A DNA stretch of 60,149 nt, filler included, from 6 parts of 6 records of this genome joined end to end with filler, not necessarily neighbours in it, one strand, 5' to 3'. Shown: positions 31,348 to 42,500, counted from the whole stretch's first letter. Notes: generated by a model not told the origin, from the letters alone. A program made the numbers and translations.

Positions 31348-32649
31348 ATGAATAAAATCAGAAAATCATTAATAATACTCGCATCTGTATTAGCAATAGC
31401 AGCGTGCAAAGATTCAAATAAGCTTGAGGTAAATTTCAACCAACCCAATATCCTGTTCATTCTTGCAGATGATTTAGGATATGAAAAGCTGGGCTGTTAT
31501 AGTGGAATGACTTCAATCACACCGAATCTGGACAAAATGGCAAGCCAGGGAATGCTTTTTAACCGAACTTATGGAAGTCCGGTTTGCACCCCTTCCCGAA
31601 TGACTATCTATACCGGGAGCTATACCCCTCGTCACCAATATACAACTGTGCTACCTGTTCATTTAGGAACAAAAGAATATGTGGATTTTGACAATAAATT
31701 CATTACCTATGCCCAACTACTACAAGATGCAGGTTATCAAACATCTGTAACGGGGAAATGGCAATTGGCAACATTGGAATTTCACCCTGACCATTGCAAA
31801 AGTGCAGGCTTTGATTCGTGGTGTGTTTGGCAAATATGGAAAGATGGTGCAAAAACGAAGCGACACTGGAATCCAACATTAAACAGGGATGGGAAAATTA
31901 TGGAAGCCACTGAAAATGATTTTGGTCCAGACATGCTAACGAACTATGTCATAGACCGGATGAAAACTGCTATTAATGACAAAAAACCATTCATGATCCA
32001 TCACAACATGATGCTCCCACATATTCCGATTATTAAAACACCGGATGAAATTGAGAACGGAAAAGAAGCCAGTCTTGATCGGATGATTACTTACATGGAC
32101 AAGCAAGTTGGCAATTTATTGCAAGCAATTGATGAATTGGGAATCGCTGAAAATACTTACGTTTTCTTTGTTGGAGACAATGGTACAGATATTTCTGAAC
32201 CTCGTACAACTATTTATGGGGAAGTTAAAGGAGGGAAACAAACACTTGACGATGGAGGTTCTCATCTTCCATTCATTGCAAAGTGTCCCACAAAAATATC
32301 TACAAACAAAAAAGTGAATGATCTGATTGATTTTGCGGATTTTTTTCCAACTATTTGTGAACTTGCTGATGTAACGATTCCTGGAAACGCTAATCCCGAT
32401 GGAATTTCATTTTTAAATGTCTTAACCGGGAATGGATCAAGTGAACGTCAGTGGGTAACAAGTGGAGTCAATGATGATTTTTTTGTTTTTGATGGTGCAT
32501 GGAGGCTACACCACAAAAGAGAAAGACTGATTGATTGCAGGCAGCTACCTTTAGAAAAAGAAGTTACAGATTTTACTATAATTGAAGAAGAGGCTAAAAG
32601 GAATTTGCTTCCATCATTAAAAATGCTCAGAGAGCTGAATTCACAATAA
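31348..32649 (+). CDS. Formylglycine-dependent sulfatase (S1, Cys-type), lipoprotein
   Basis: PNILFILADDLG, CTPSR, GKWQ, GDNG, DFFPT; lipobox IAAC. Confidence 0.93.
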   Translation: MNKIRKSLIILASVLAIAACKDSNKLEVNFNQPNILFILADDLGYEKLGCYSGMTSITPNLDKMASQGMLFNRTYGSPVCTPSRMTIYTGSYTPRHQYTTVLPVHLGTKEYVDFDNKFITYAQLLQDAGYQTSVTGKWQLATLEFHPDHCKSAGFDSWCVWQIWKDGAKTKRHWNPTLNRDGKIMEATENDFGPDMLTNYVIDRMKTAINDKKPFMIHHNMMLPHIPIIKTPDEIENGKEASLDRMITYMDKQVGNLLQAIDELGIAENTYVFFVGDNGTDISEPRTTIYGEVKGGKQTLDDGGSHLPFIAKCPTKISTNKKVNDLIDFADFFPTICELADVTIPGNANPDGISFLNVLTGNGSSERQWVTSGVNDDFFVFDGAWRLHHKRERLIDCRQLPLEKEVTDFTIIEEEAKRNLLPSLKMLRELNSQ

Positions 32650-32651
32650 GT

Positions 32652-33689
32652 TTAAGGCCACTTTAACAATTCCTTGTTTTCGATCGCATCAATATGAAGT
32701 AATTCAGATTTAAAAGTAGTTGTATACAAACCGCTCACTTTAAAAAGTGCTTTAAAAGATTCCATATTATTTGGGATCTTTTTTTCAAATTCCCCAAGAT
32801 GATCTTCATTTACAAAGAATTTTGTTATTGCATCATTCCCAATTTCAAAACTCGAAAGGAAAAATAAAATTTCAGTCCCACTTTCTGTTTTTAATCGCAA
32901 AACAGTTACATAATCATCCTCTAACAAATAGCTTTTACCAAAATGATATTGATAGTTTGAATCAGCAGCAGCAAATTCAAGATCGGAGGTCTTGTTGTCA
33001 AATTTAACACCGGCCTTTTCCAGAAATTCTTCAAAAATACCAATTGCACGGTAGGATCCAATAAATAAAAAGTTATGATCGGGCAAATCACTCCAGCTTA
33101 GTGTAGATGAAAGCCTCAATTCTGTTTGGACATTATTCTTGCAAAAAACAGGTAAAACATTATACAAACAGCTTACACTTTGCGGACTTAAATAGGTTCT
33201 TTCTGTTTTCTCTAATTTTTCCTCAAGTTCAGGGAATTGCTGAATGTACTCATTCATCGCTTCATTAGAATTTACAATGGGTGTCCTCATAAAAAGAGAT
33301 TCTTTCCCCAAAAATCTGCCAGTGAAAAAATAATGATCAGCCAGAACAATATAGCTTGGCTTCTCTGCTTCAAAAAAACCATTCCAGACAATGCTTTTTT
33401 TAAGCTTGTTCTCAATTGAAGGATTCCATTCTATTACCAGAAAAGAAAGCACCGTAATCATAACCCCAAAAAACAGAAACATCCACCTGCTGAAAACAAT
33501 CCTCGTTAAACTTACCTGCTTGTGTCTCTTTACCAATGAAGCTTTTTCAACAAATTCTACAGAATATTGACCTTTGGGAACCTGAAATTGAAATTCATCA
33601 TTTGCTCCATCATTCTGATAGTATTCAGCAAGTTTCTTTCGAAGGTTTGATATATATACTCGAACATTAAAATTATCATTGGCATCTTT
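32652..33689 (-). CDS. Membrane-anchored regulator: winged helix, TM, periplasmic domain (5' truncated)
   Basis: The frame extends 51 codons past the listed TTG to the gap, reading NVRVYISNLRKKLAEYY..VPKGQY (OmpR/ToxR-like wHTH end), then one TM helix. Confidence 0.75.
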   Translation of the reverse strand, partial: KDANDNFNVRVYISNLRKKLAEYYQNDGANDEFQFQVPKGQYSVEFVEKASLVKRHKQVSLTRIVFSRWMFLFFGVMITVLSFLVIEWNPSIENKLKKSIVWNGFFEAEKPSYIVLADHYFFTGRFLGKESLFMRTPIVNSNEAMNEYIQQFPELEEKLEKTERTYLSPQSVSCLYNVLPVFCKNNVQTELRLSSTLSWSDLPDHNFLFIGSYRAIGIFEEFLEKAGVKFDNKTSDLEFAAADSNYQYHFGKSYLLEDDYVTVLRLKTESGTEILFFLSSFEIGNDAITKFFVNEDHLGEFEKKIPNNMESFKALFKVSGLYTTTFKSELLHIDAIENKELLKWP

Positions 33690-33789
33690 NNNNNNNNNNN
33701 NNNNNNNNNNNNNNNNNNNNNNNNNNNNNNNNNTTAATTAATTAANNNNNNNNNNNNNNNNNNNNNNNNNNNNNNNNNNNNNNNNNNNN
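33690..33789. other. Artificial contig spacer
   Basis: N44-TTAATTAATTAA-N44. Confidence 0.99.
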
Positions 33790-33936
33790 TCCGGATCGAA
33801 AGAAGCCAAAGCGATAGATAAAGACATGATGAAAGCGGGTAGAAAATCACTTGAAAAAGCAGCTTTAGAGCTGACCGACAAACTGCTAAACAACATGTCG
33901 AAAAGACCGGGTACAAAAATAAGTTGTAAGAAATAA
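33790..33936 (+). CDS. 3' end of an unidentified gene
   Basis: Open frame from the gap, SGSKEAKAIDKDMMKAGRKSLEKAALELTDKLL..CKK, to TAA. Confidence 0.5.
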   Translation, partial: SGSKEAKAIDKDMMKAGRKSLEKAALELTDKLLNNMSKRPGTKISCKK

Positions 33937-34157
33937 TTGTATCTGGTTACCAATGAATTAATAACCCTGTCTGCATTCACAAAATAATTGATATTATTTT
34001 GTAATTGTGTAGTATCATATAAGTACTCGTCATACCCTGTTGGGAGACCAGTAGGATCAAAATTTAAACACATAATTTACAGCATTACGCTTTTTTGCGC
34101 TTTTTTATATTTGGATTAGCTTTTTTGTTTTCTGCATATGCAGAGAGGAGCCTCGGA

Positions 34158-37100
34158 ATGAAGTACATGACACCAAAACGTACGTTGATGCTTGTTATTG
34201 CTATCATGCTTCTAGCCTTGAAAACCATTTCATGTGATGGCGGAGCTATGAGTTGCGATATGGCCAGTTTGGGTTGTGAGGGATGTGAAGGCGGCGGAAT
34301 CGAAACTTTGCCGTATCTTGCCTATCCTGAAGAACACAAAATCGAAAACATGGCACAGGTAAGAGTCACCTCTTACGGATTCCAGTTCATTCAGGCAAAT
34401 GCTTTGTCTATTGCCGAAATGGCTCTAGGTGGTGAACTTGCATTTCCGATGGAAGAAATGCCGCTGAAAATAGGTAGTTGGGAAGTTTGCAAAATCGCTC
34501 CGGGTGGAACAAACATAAAAATTCCGATCAGCCAGATTAAAATCAATCCACAAGCTCCTCCGGCAAACAATATTACTGCTGTAATCGAATTGCCATCGAA
34601 TGCCAGAATCGACCTTCCGACTTCATGCGGTTGCGATGTTGGTGTCAATTTTGAAAACAGGCTCTTTTACATCAGCGTAACAATCCAGCCATATATTGAC
34701 GGAGAAACAAATCTCCTGAGCTTTGAAGTTTACGAACCGCAATTCGATATCGATCAGGTTCATATTGATATGGGTACTGGCGGTGTCCTGAACTTCGTAT
34801 GTAAATCCGTTGGTGGTTTGGCCGATACTATCATCCTTCCATTCGTCAGAGGATTCATCAAAACAGCTATCAGAGATCTTGTTTCGGATCTTATCGACGG
34901 AATCAAATGCGCAAACTGTAAAGACGGCAAAGTCTGCCCCGATCCTGATGGTGAAGGTGTAAGCTGTGACGACAGAGATATTTGCCTGAGACCTAACAAA
35001 GATTGTATCCTGCAACCACTCGGCCTTGAGATGGGAGTAGATGTCGGAGCTTTGCTTGCCGATATAATTGCCGGTATGGAATCAAAACTCTGGGCTTCTC
35101 TTGTTGCAGGTGGACGTGCCGCTATCGAAGAAAACGGACTTGAAATAGGTATGTTCGGTGGAACAATCAGTGGTTCCGATATTCCTGCGCTAAACGGTGC
35201 GCCTGCCGGAAAAGCTCCGGTTTGTACCGATCAGTTACAATTTGTAACTCAAAATCTGAACCCGATTCCAATGGGCAACATGAACAACAGTGTATTGCCT
35301 CCGCAAAAATATCATGTAGGTATCGGTCTCCAGGAAGCTCTACTCGATCAGGCCGGATATTCGATACAGAATTCAGGTCTGCTTTGCATGGGATTAGAGC
35401 CGGATGCTCTTGGTGAAGAAGTTTCGCAGTATCTCTCGATTCCTAACCTTGCTTTCCTCGGAATGGGTTCGATCAGAACTATTACACACGGTGAAAATGC
35501 TCCATTGCTTATTAAGTTGCAACCAAGCAAAACACCTATTGATTTCGCTATCCTTGATGGATCGCAGGTATTCACCGATGCCCCCGAAACCGATGTGGCA
35601 CTAAGAGTCACTGTCAAGGATCTAGGACTTAACTTCTGGGCACAGGTTGATAACCGGTATGTCAGACTTATCGAACTGATGGTTGATATTAACGTTCACG
35701 CCGGACTTGATGTTCAGACGGGAGCAATTCAGCCTATCTTTGGTCTTGACAACGTGAAGATCGAAAACCTGAGAGTTCCTTATTCAACTCTTAAAGAAGA
35801 TCCTCAGGAAATCACAACTCTGTTCCAGGGCTTGATCGACACCGCTTTCTCGATGATTCCACTTGATCCGTTCGATCCTATCGAAATTCCAGATTTCGAT
35901 ATCAATAGCGATGACGTAAATGATCTTGGTATCGATATCCAGAGTGCATCGGCAGAGATGCCAAAAGATAAAAACGAAGCTCCATCTGCTACAAAAGAAT
36001 ATGAAGCTCTCGTAATCTATGCAGGTATCAAACTGACAAACCGTGGTGGAGCAAGACAGTCTGCTCCGTTTATTGCCGATACTGAAGTAAAAATCGACGA
36101 AATTTTCCTGCCTACCCGTGAGCAGATTCTAAACGAAAAAATGCGACCCTGGGTAAGCATCAAGCTTTCCGGTAACGATCAGGACGGTGGTGAGGACAAT
36201 ATCGAATATCAGATTTCTCTCGATGGCAAACGCTGGACGGCATGGTTCGATGAATCATATCGTAAAGTCGAAGCCAATCGTTTCCTCTTGCAGGGTAACC
36301 ACAGAGTTTATGTAAGAGCCAGAGACAACAGGCATCCTCTCTCTTATGACAGAACTCCTGCCGTAGCAGATTTCCTTGTGGATATGATTCGACCGGAAGT
36401 TTCAATCAAACGTAATCAAAACGTGATTACCTTTGTCGGTACGGATAATGTTTCCGAAAAACAGGCTCTGCATTACAGAACACGTATTAATGGTGCTACA
36501 TGGTCAAGCTGGTCAAAAGAAAACAATCTCGACCTTTACAGCATCAGCAAATATCCGGCAACTGTCATGATTCAGGTTAAAGATGAAGCCGGTAAAGTAA
36601 GCACTCTTACACGTAAATTCACAGAACCTGATCCTCAGAAAAACAGCTATCGCATTTCAAACGCAAGCAAACTCGGAGCAGAAGACTCAGGTTCCGGTGC
36701 TACAGGAACCACAGAAGGTGGTTGTCAGAGTTCTACTTCGTTTGCCGCATGGCTTTTGGGAGCATTGCTTATGTCGCTATATTTCATTCGTCGCCGAGTT
36801 TTCCCCGTAAAAGGAATGGTCTCACTTCTCGCTATCGCCACTTTCGCTCTGGCTTATGGTGGTTGCAGCGATTCCGGTTCCGTTTCCTGTGTTAAAAACA
36901 CTGACTGTGGTATTGGCGAAGCATGTATAAACGGCACATGTCAGGATGCTGGTGATGGTGGAGATATTGATAAAGGTGACATGGATCCAATTGACAACGA
37001 TAAACTTGAAACAGAAGAATCAGCAGAAGGCATGGCATGTGTGGATGGCAAATGCCCTGATTGCTATTATTGCTCGATCATGACAAACACCTGCGAAGTA

Positions 37101-39221
37101 CAACGTTGTGACCCTGACTGTGCAGAAAAAGACACACTCGGCATTACGGCTTGCTCGGAGCAGATGACTCAGAAAGACGGTAGCCCTGATACTTGCGCTG
37201 TTTGTTTGACAGATTCAGAAGTATACGAATGTAAAGTTCCTCGTTGTAAAGAAGACTCGGATTGTTCATGCAGAGAATGCCCGGACGGAATTCCACAGCA
37301 ATGTGTGAAATCAACCGGTGTTTGCAAATGTACGGATATCTGCGGTGGTGGTTGTGCCGAGGGCGCACTTTGCTGCACTTCTCTAAACGCAGCAGGAACT
37401 TGCCATACTTGCCCGCATTGGTGTGAAGACAAAACATGTGATCCAGGATTCGGACCTGGTGGTTGCAATCCTGAAGAAGAAGAAGATCCTGCCAAATGCG
37501 CATGGGCCGGTCAATGGTCATTATGTGGTACTTTCGATGAACCGACATGCAGCTTTAGTGGCGTTGGTCTTCCCGAACACTCTTCTTGCGATTGTACCGA
37601 ATTGCCGCATCTTCCGATCGGAACATTCGGTATTTTCTCCGATATGGCAATCCATGACGAAGAAGACGTATGGCTATCTTCATATAACGAAACCTACGGC
37701 GATCTTATGGTCGGTCGTACAAAAGTTTCCAGACTCGCTCTTGGCGAAGTTAACTGGGACTTTATCGATGGCGTTCCTGTTGGCGAACTGGTTGGTGGCC
37801 CATCCGGTCCTCGTGGTGGTGTTGAAGATGCCGGTGACGATGTTGGTAAATATACATCAATCGCAGTAACTTCCGACAACTGGCCTCGCATTGCTTATCA
37901 GGATTATGAAAACGGCGATCTGGTACTCATCTATACAAACGGTGAACCACCTGTTGATCCTCCACTACTGGATGGTGACGAAGAAGCCGAAGCAGAGACT
38001 CCTGATGTTGATGGTGACGAAGATACCGCAACAGAAGATGTTGAGGACACAGAAGCAACTGAAACTCGTGGTCGCTCCGAAGGTGATGAAGGCCCGACGG
38101 AAGAATATCCGAGCTATGGCTGGACCAGAGTAGTTGTCGATGACATGGGTGAGACTGGATACTACACCGATATCTATCTTGATGACCAGAATCGTCCTGT
38201 TATCGTTTACATGATGGCATCCGATGCAAAAATGGGTGAAAAGAAAGATCAACTAGGAACAGTTTCCGCAGTCAAACTGGCTTATGCAAAAACAGCCACA
38301 CCGAAAACAAAAGAAGATTTCCATATCATCACAATCGATGAAGCTCCAATAGGACCACGCTATTGCGGTGAAGATGAGCCAGCAGTTGACGGCGATGACG
38401 ATGCAGCAGAAGGCGAAACAGCAACTCGTGCATCACGCGCTGATTGCAGTAAAAAGCCGGTACAGATGACATACGGAATCGGCCTCAATCCTACAATCGG
38501 AACCATGGCTTCCGGAAAATTCTGGATCTTCTACTATCACAACACAAGCTTCTCAACCCGTGAAGACATCGCAGACAACTACAAGGTTGGAGTACTTAAA
38601 AAAGCGAGCCTTGATGCGGGACTTCCGGAAAAACCGAAGATGCTTAAAGCTACCGATTTCACCAAGGAAGTTTTCCTCGGAAAAGGCGGAGTTTTGGAAG
38701 TTGAAGGCGGAGATGCCGGTTTGTTCAACTCCTTCTATTCCGGCGACACTCTCGATCACTATGTGTTGGCTTTCTACAACGGTGTGCTGAATCGTCTCGA
38801 ATACGTATTCGATCTTGGTGACGGACTAAAACACAAAATCGCCGATGATGGTTACAGAAAAATCAATGGCGAAAAGAAAACCATCTGGCTCGGAGCCGAC
38901 TGTGCTGCCGCTCTCGATGGAAACGGAGCCGTGCGAATCGTTTATCAGAATCAGAACGACATGAAATTGCTGTACTATTCCGAGCAATGTGATTCTGACG
39001 GAACAACCTGCACAGACAGAACCGTCGTTCCTGTTCTTGAAATGAAAGAAGGCGAAGGCGGAAAAGCATATGGTTGGTATCCGACTCATTGGCTCGTCGG
39101 CTTGAAAACAGTCTCGGTAGTTAGTACCTACACAATCGAATTCGATACAACAGACAGCCTGGACACAACCAACGACAAGCTCGAAGTCAAGGTTATGGTG
39201 GCTCCGCCACAAACCAAATAA
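34158..39221 (+). CDS. Giant secreted surface protein: BPI/LBP-like N-half, Ig-like domains, internal MYXO-CTERM-like signal plus lipobox, Cys-rich region, beta-propeller-like C-half
   Basis: RBS GAGGAG then ATG 34158; N-terminal signal; GGCQSS..WLLGALLMSLYFIRRR then LLAIATFALAYGGC; dense Cys region; GKYTSIAV, GYYTDIYLD and GADCAAALD blade-like repeats; fold names are inferred. Confidence 0.8.
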   Translation: MKYMTPKRTLMLVIAIMLLALKTISCDGGAMSCDMASLGCEGCEGGGIETLPYLAYPEEHKIENMAQVRVTSYGFQFIQANALSIAEMALGGELAFPMEEMPLKIGSWEVCKIAPGGTNIKIPISQIKINPQAPPANNITAVIELPSNARIDLPTSCGCDVGVNFENRLFYISVTIQPYIDGETNLLSFEVYEPQFDIDQVHIDMGTGGVLNFVCKSVGGLADTIILPFVRGFIKTAIRDLVSDLIDGIKCANCKDGKVCPDPDGEGVSCDDRDICLRPNKDCILQPLGLEMGVDVGALLADIIAGMESKLWASLVAGGRAAIEENGLEIGMFGGTISGSDIPALNGAPAGKAPVCTDQLQFVTQNLNPIPMGNMNNSVLPPQKYHVGIGLQEALLDQAGYSIQNSGLLCMGLEPDALGEEVSQYLSIPNLAFLGMGSIRTITHGENAPLLIKLQPSKTPIDFAILDGSQVFTDAPETDVALRVTVKDLGLNFWAQVDNRYVRLIELMVDINVHAGLDVQTGAIQPIFGLDNVKIENLRVPYSTLKEDPQEITTLFQGLIDTAFSMIPLDPFDPIEIPDFDINSDDVNDLGIDIQSASAEMPKDKNEAPSATKEYEALVIYAGIKLTNRGGARQSAPFIADTEVKIDEIFLPTREQILNEKMRPWVSIKLSGNDQDGGEDNIEYQISLDGKRWTAWFDESYRKVEANRFLLQGNHRVYVRARDNRHPLSYDRTPAVADFLVDMIRPEVSIKRNQNVITFVGTDNVSEKQALHYRTRINGATWSSWSKENNLDLYSISKYPATVMIQVKDEAGKVSTLTRKFTEPDPQKNSYRISNASKLGAEDSGSGATGTTEGGCQSSTSFAAWLLGALLMSLYFIRRRVFPVKGMVSLLAIATFALAYGGCSDSGSVSCVKNTDCGIGEACINGTCQDAGDGGDIDKGDMDPIDNDKLETEESAEGMACVDGKCPDCYYCSIMTNTCEVQRCDPDCAEKDTLGITACSEQMTQKDGSPDTCAVCLTDSEVYECKVPRCKEDSDCSCRECPDGIPQQCVKSTGVCKCTDICGGGCAEGALCCTSLNAAGTCHTCPHWCEDKTCDPGFGPGGCNPEEEEDPAKCAWAGQWSLCGTFDEPTCSFSGVGLPEHSSCDCTELPHLPIGTFGIFSDMAIHDEEDVWLSSYNETYGDLMVGRTKVSRLALGEVNWDFIDGVPVGELVGGPSGPRGGVEDAGDDVGKYTSIAVTSDNWPRIAYQDYENGDLVLIYTNGEPPVDPPLLDGDEEAEAETPDVDGDEDTATEDVEDTEATETRGRSEGDEGPTEEYPSYGWTRVVVDDMGETGYYTDIYLDDQNRPVIVYMMASDAKMGEKKDQLGTVSAVKLAYAKTATPKTKEDFHIITIDEAPIGPRYCGEDEPAVDGDDDAAEGETATRASRADCSKKPVQMTYGIGLNPTIGTMASGKFWIFYYHNTSFSTREDIADNYKVGVLKKASLDAGLPEKPKMLKATDFTKEVFLGKGGVLEVEGGDAGLFNSFYSGDTLDHYVLAFYNGVLNRLEYVFDLGDGLKHKIADDGYRKINGEKKTIWLGADCAAALDGNGAVRIVYQNQNDMKLLYYSEQCDSDGTTCTDRTVVPVLEMKEGEGGKAYGWYPTHWLVGLKTVSVVSTYTIEFDTTDSLDTTNDKLEVKVMVAPPQTK

Positions 39222-39240
39222 GTTTATCAAAACTTCAATT

Positions 39241-39267
39241 AAAGCCCGGCTTTTGCCGGGCTTTTTT
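39241..39267 (+). terminator. Rho-independent terminator
   Basis: AAAGCCCGGC-TTTT-GCCGGGCTTT followed by TTT. Confidence 0.92.
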
Positions 39268-39453
39268 ACTTTTATGTTAATATTGCAGGCAAGTCGGTCA
39301 TGCAACACAAAATCCTTTCAGCCAGACAATAATTGCCTTTTCTTCAATGTCTCGATTTACACAAAAGTAAAACAGCCTAAATAGCTGAAAATACTTAATA
39401 TAACGACATGTTTTGGTTTTGTTGATATCGGCAAGACCAAAAGAAAATCTTTT

Positions 39454-39553
39454 NNNNNNNNNNNNNNNNNNNNNNNNNNNNNNNNNNNNNNNNNNNNTTA
39501 ATTAATTAANNNNNNNNNNNNNNNNNNNNNNNNNNNNNNNNNNNNNNNNNNNN
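39454..39553. other. Artificial contig spacer
   Basis: N44-TTAATTAATTAA-N44. Confidence 0.99.
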
Positions 39554-39557
39554 CGGG

Positions 39558-42500
39558 ATGTCAATGAAGACGAATTACGAACGGAGCTGTACACCTATCT
39601 TTCGAATCGTTAGCAATATCCTTATTCTGACGCTTCTGTTTTTTACCGTCCTCTTTTCTGCAGAATGGGAAGTGGAGGAAGCCCCGTCCGTTTTTACCTA
39701 TAAATGGGAATTGCCTCGGGAAGATTTGACCGAATTTGTAAAAACAGGTCATCTTGCTGGTGTTGGTATATCCGGTAGTATACTATATCAAGGTAGATAT
39801 TATCCGGTTTACTCTGAACTCATTAATGCAACCCCCAATGAATTGGCTTACAAAATTAATAATGCCAGCGAAGGTGTTTTAAGCGTCTCGTTTTTATCTG
39901 AAGACGAAAGCAATATAGATCCATATGCTGTTGATATAATTGACGCTTCAATATTCAATGAACATGTGAAATTAAGTGAAATTCCGGGTGTGGGAACTTT
40001 AGTAGAGATCATGCCAATTCTGCCCGGAGAAGAAAGCATTAGATATTTATCAAGAGCGGATATAAAATTGTTTTCATCATCAAACACGACTCTCATGAAA
40101 GCTGATTTGATCGATGAAAAGAATCAATTGAATAAAACACAATCACTAAAATCCAATTTACCGGATGAATTTTTAGCTTTATATATTACAAAACCGGGTG
40201 TTTATCAGGTTCGCGGTCAGGACCTTGCTGACCGGGGTATTGAAATCAGAGAGATCGTTCCCGATAATATCAAGATCTTATGGTGGGGTGAAGAGATCCC
40301 CTGTAGAGTTACAACTACTTATGACCAAAACATTGAAACATTTCAATATCATGATGTAGTTCAATTCAATATACCGGAATTAAAGAATCCCTATTCGGAT
40401 GCTTATTATAATCCATTTACAAATTACGATGTGATCCAAATGGTTTGGACAGACGGAATAGGCTTAAGGTTTGTTCAAGAGAACAGTGAATTTACCGAAA
40501 CACTCAGCCCCGAAGACAAATTCCAACCGGAAGAGAACAGAACTTTTAGAAGTACAATTCATGTTGAGGAAAATCAACAATATCAACCTCTGGCTAGATT
40601 GCATGAGGAAGAATTATCTCACGTAGAAGAACACAGATTTTACTCTCCTTATATCGGTAAGGATGATAAAGTTCCTTTTTCTTTTGAGCTTTGGGATCCC
40701 GTTCTGGATTCTCCCTATAAAGTTGACATCAAAACAAGGATCCAAGGTTTGACTTACTCGGTAAATGACGAAGTAGACCATAGGGTTCAGGTGTTTGTAA
40801 ATGATAAAATCGTTATGGAGGATGAGTGGGATGGCCAGGTGGCCAAGATATCACAAAATGATTACAGGAACTTCTATCACGAAAATTTGGTAAATGGAGA
40901 AAACTCGATAGAAATTGCAGCAATTGGATTTACTTTGGACCAAAATGCCGTTTTGGACAATAGGGTATTATTTGATTGGGTTGAAATCACTTATGATCGC
41001 TATATGAAAACCCATAAGAATCGTTTGGAATTCACTCCCCAGCATGGTGTAGGAACATACCAATTTCGTGTTTATGGCCTTACTTCGGCATCAGATATCC
41101 TGATATTAAAGAATAATAAAAGCTGGATCAGGGGATATTATGTTGTCTCTGATCTTAATGAAAATGGCGATGAAGCCTATTCGATATATTTTGAAGATGA
41201 GTGCAGAGGTGATGAAGTTTATCAAGTAGCTGGTCCCGGTCTTGAGGGAGATGACGAATTTGGTATAGCAAGTATTGATTCGATCAGATATGTCAATATT
41301 TTAGAAAACGATCATTATTCAATGGAAACTGAAGCTGAATATGTTATTATAACTCACAAAGATTTTCACAACAGCGCTGTGAGGCTTGCAGAGCACAAGA
41401 ATTCAATTGGTCTGTCTTCTGTCGTTTATGATCTTGAAAGAATATATGATGAATATAATTATTCCAATAAAAGCCCGTACGCTATAAAGAACTTCTTAAC
41501 GGATATCTATTCAAATTGGTCCGTTACACCAAAATATGTTGTGTTGATAGGTGACACGGATACAAAGAACAGTGTTCCGATCATCAAATATCAGTCAACC
41601 GGTGCACGTGGAGCTATCATTACCGAAAGCTGGTATGCCGATATTGATGACGATTATGTGATGGAACTGGCTTTGGGAAGGCTGCCGGTCCATACTGAAG
41701 ACGAATTGGACAGTATTATAGTCAAGATTAAGGCCTTCGATGAAAATTCATCTTCAAATGCAAAGATCAACAGAACAGCACTTCTTGCTGGCCCTGAAAA
41801 TACTTTCAGGGGACAGGTTCAAGATTATGTAAACTCTACATCACCCGATCACGTACAATGTGACAGACTATACTTATATGATGGCAATGTCACAGGTGAT
41901 TTTGATGCAGGTATAAATGCTACAGATACCTTGATCAAATTTATGAATGATGGTATTGTATCTCTGAATTATCTCGGTCATGGAGGCGGGTATACTTGGG
42001 ACAATTATGTTTTACCCTATGAAGCTTTTAATGATCTGGTTGGCGTGAATCCCTTTATTGTAAATTCCATGACCTGTTTTACGAACACTTTTTCTAATAG
42101 CAATGCTCTTGGCGAACAGTTCATTCGCTACCCGAAGGGTGCCGTTTCGGTTTTATCAACAACAGGCTACGGTTGGATCAATTCGAACTTCTATATTTTT
42201 GAAAAGCTCATGAATAGAATGCAGGCTAAGTATTATTCTCATGGAGAGGCTTTTCAATATGCCATGACAGAGTATTTCTTTTCCACCTTTGGTCGAAACG
42301 CAAACTTTATTGATCAGGTTGACGGACGTATTATTTACAAGTATTTTAGAAAATCTATGTTCTATCAATTCTGTATTCTTGGTGATCCTTCTGCAAGATT
42401 ACCTTACAGCGAATGGCCCGGTTCTGTAGAAATTACACCGAAATCTGTTCAGTCTGGCGAGCAATTGACACTGAGTGTTGATGAGATCAATTCAGGAAAC

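Noticed and set aside
33738-34073. Minus-strand ORFs running into the N spacer
   Set aside because: Artefacts of the linker; they overlap a more plausible plus-strand gene end
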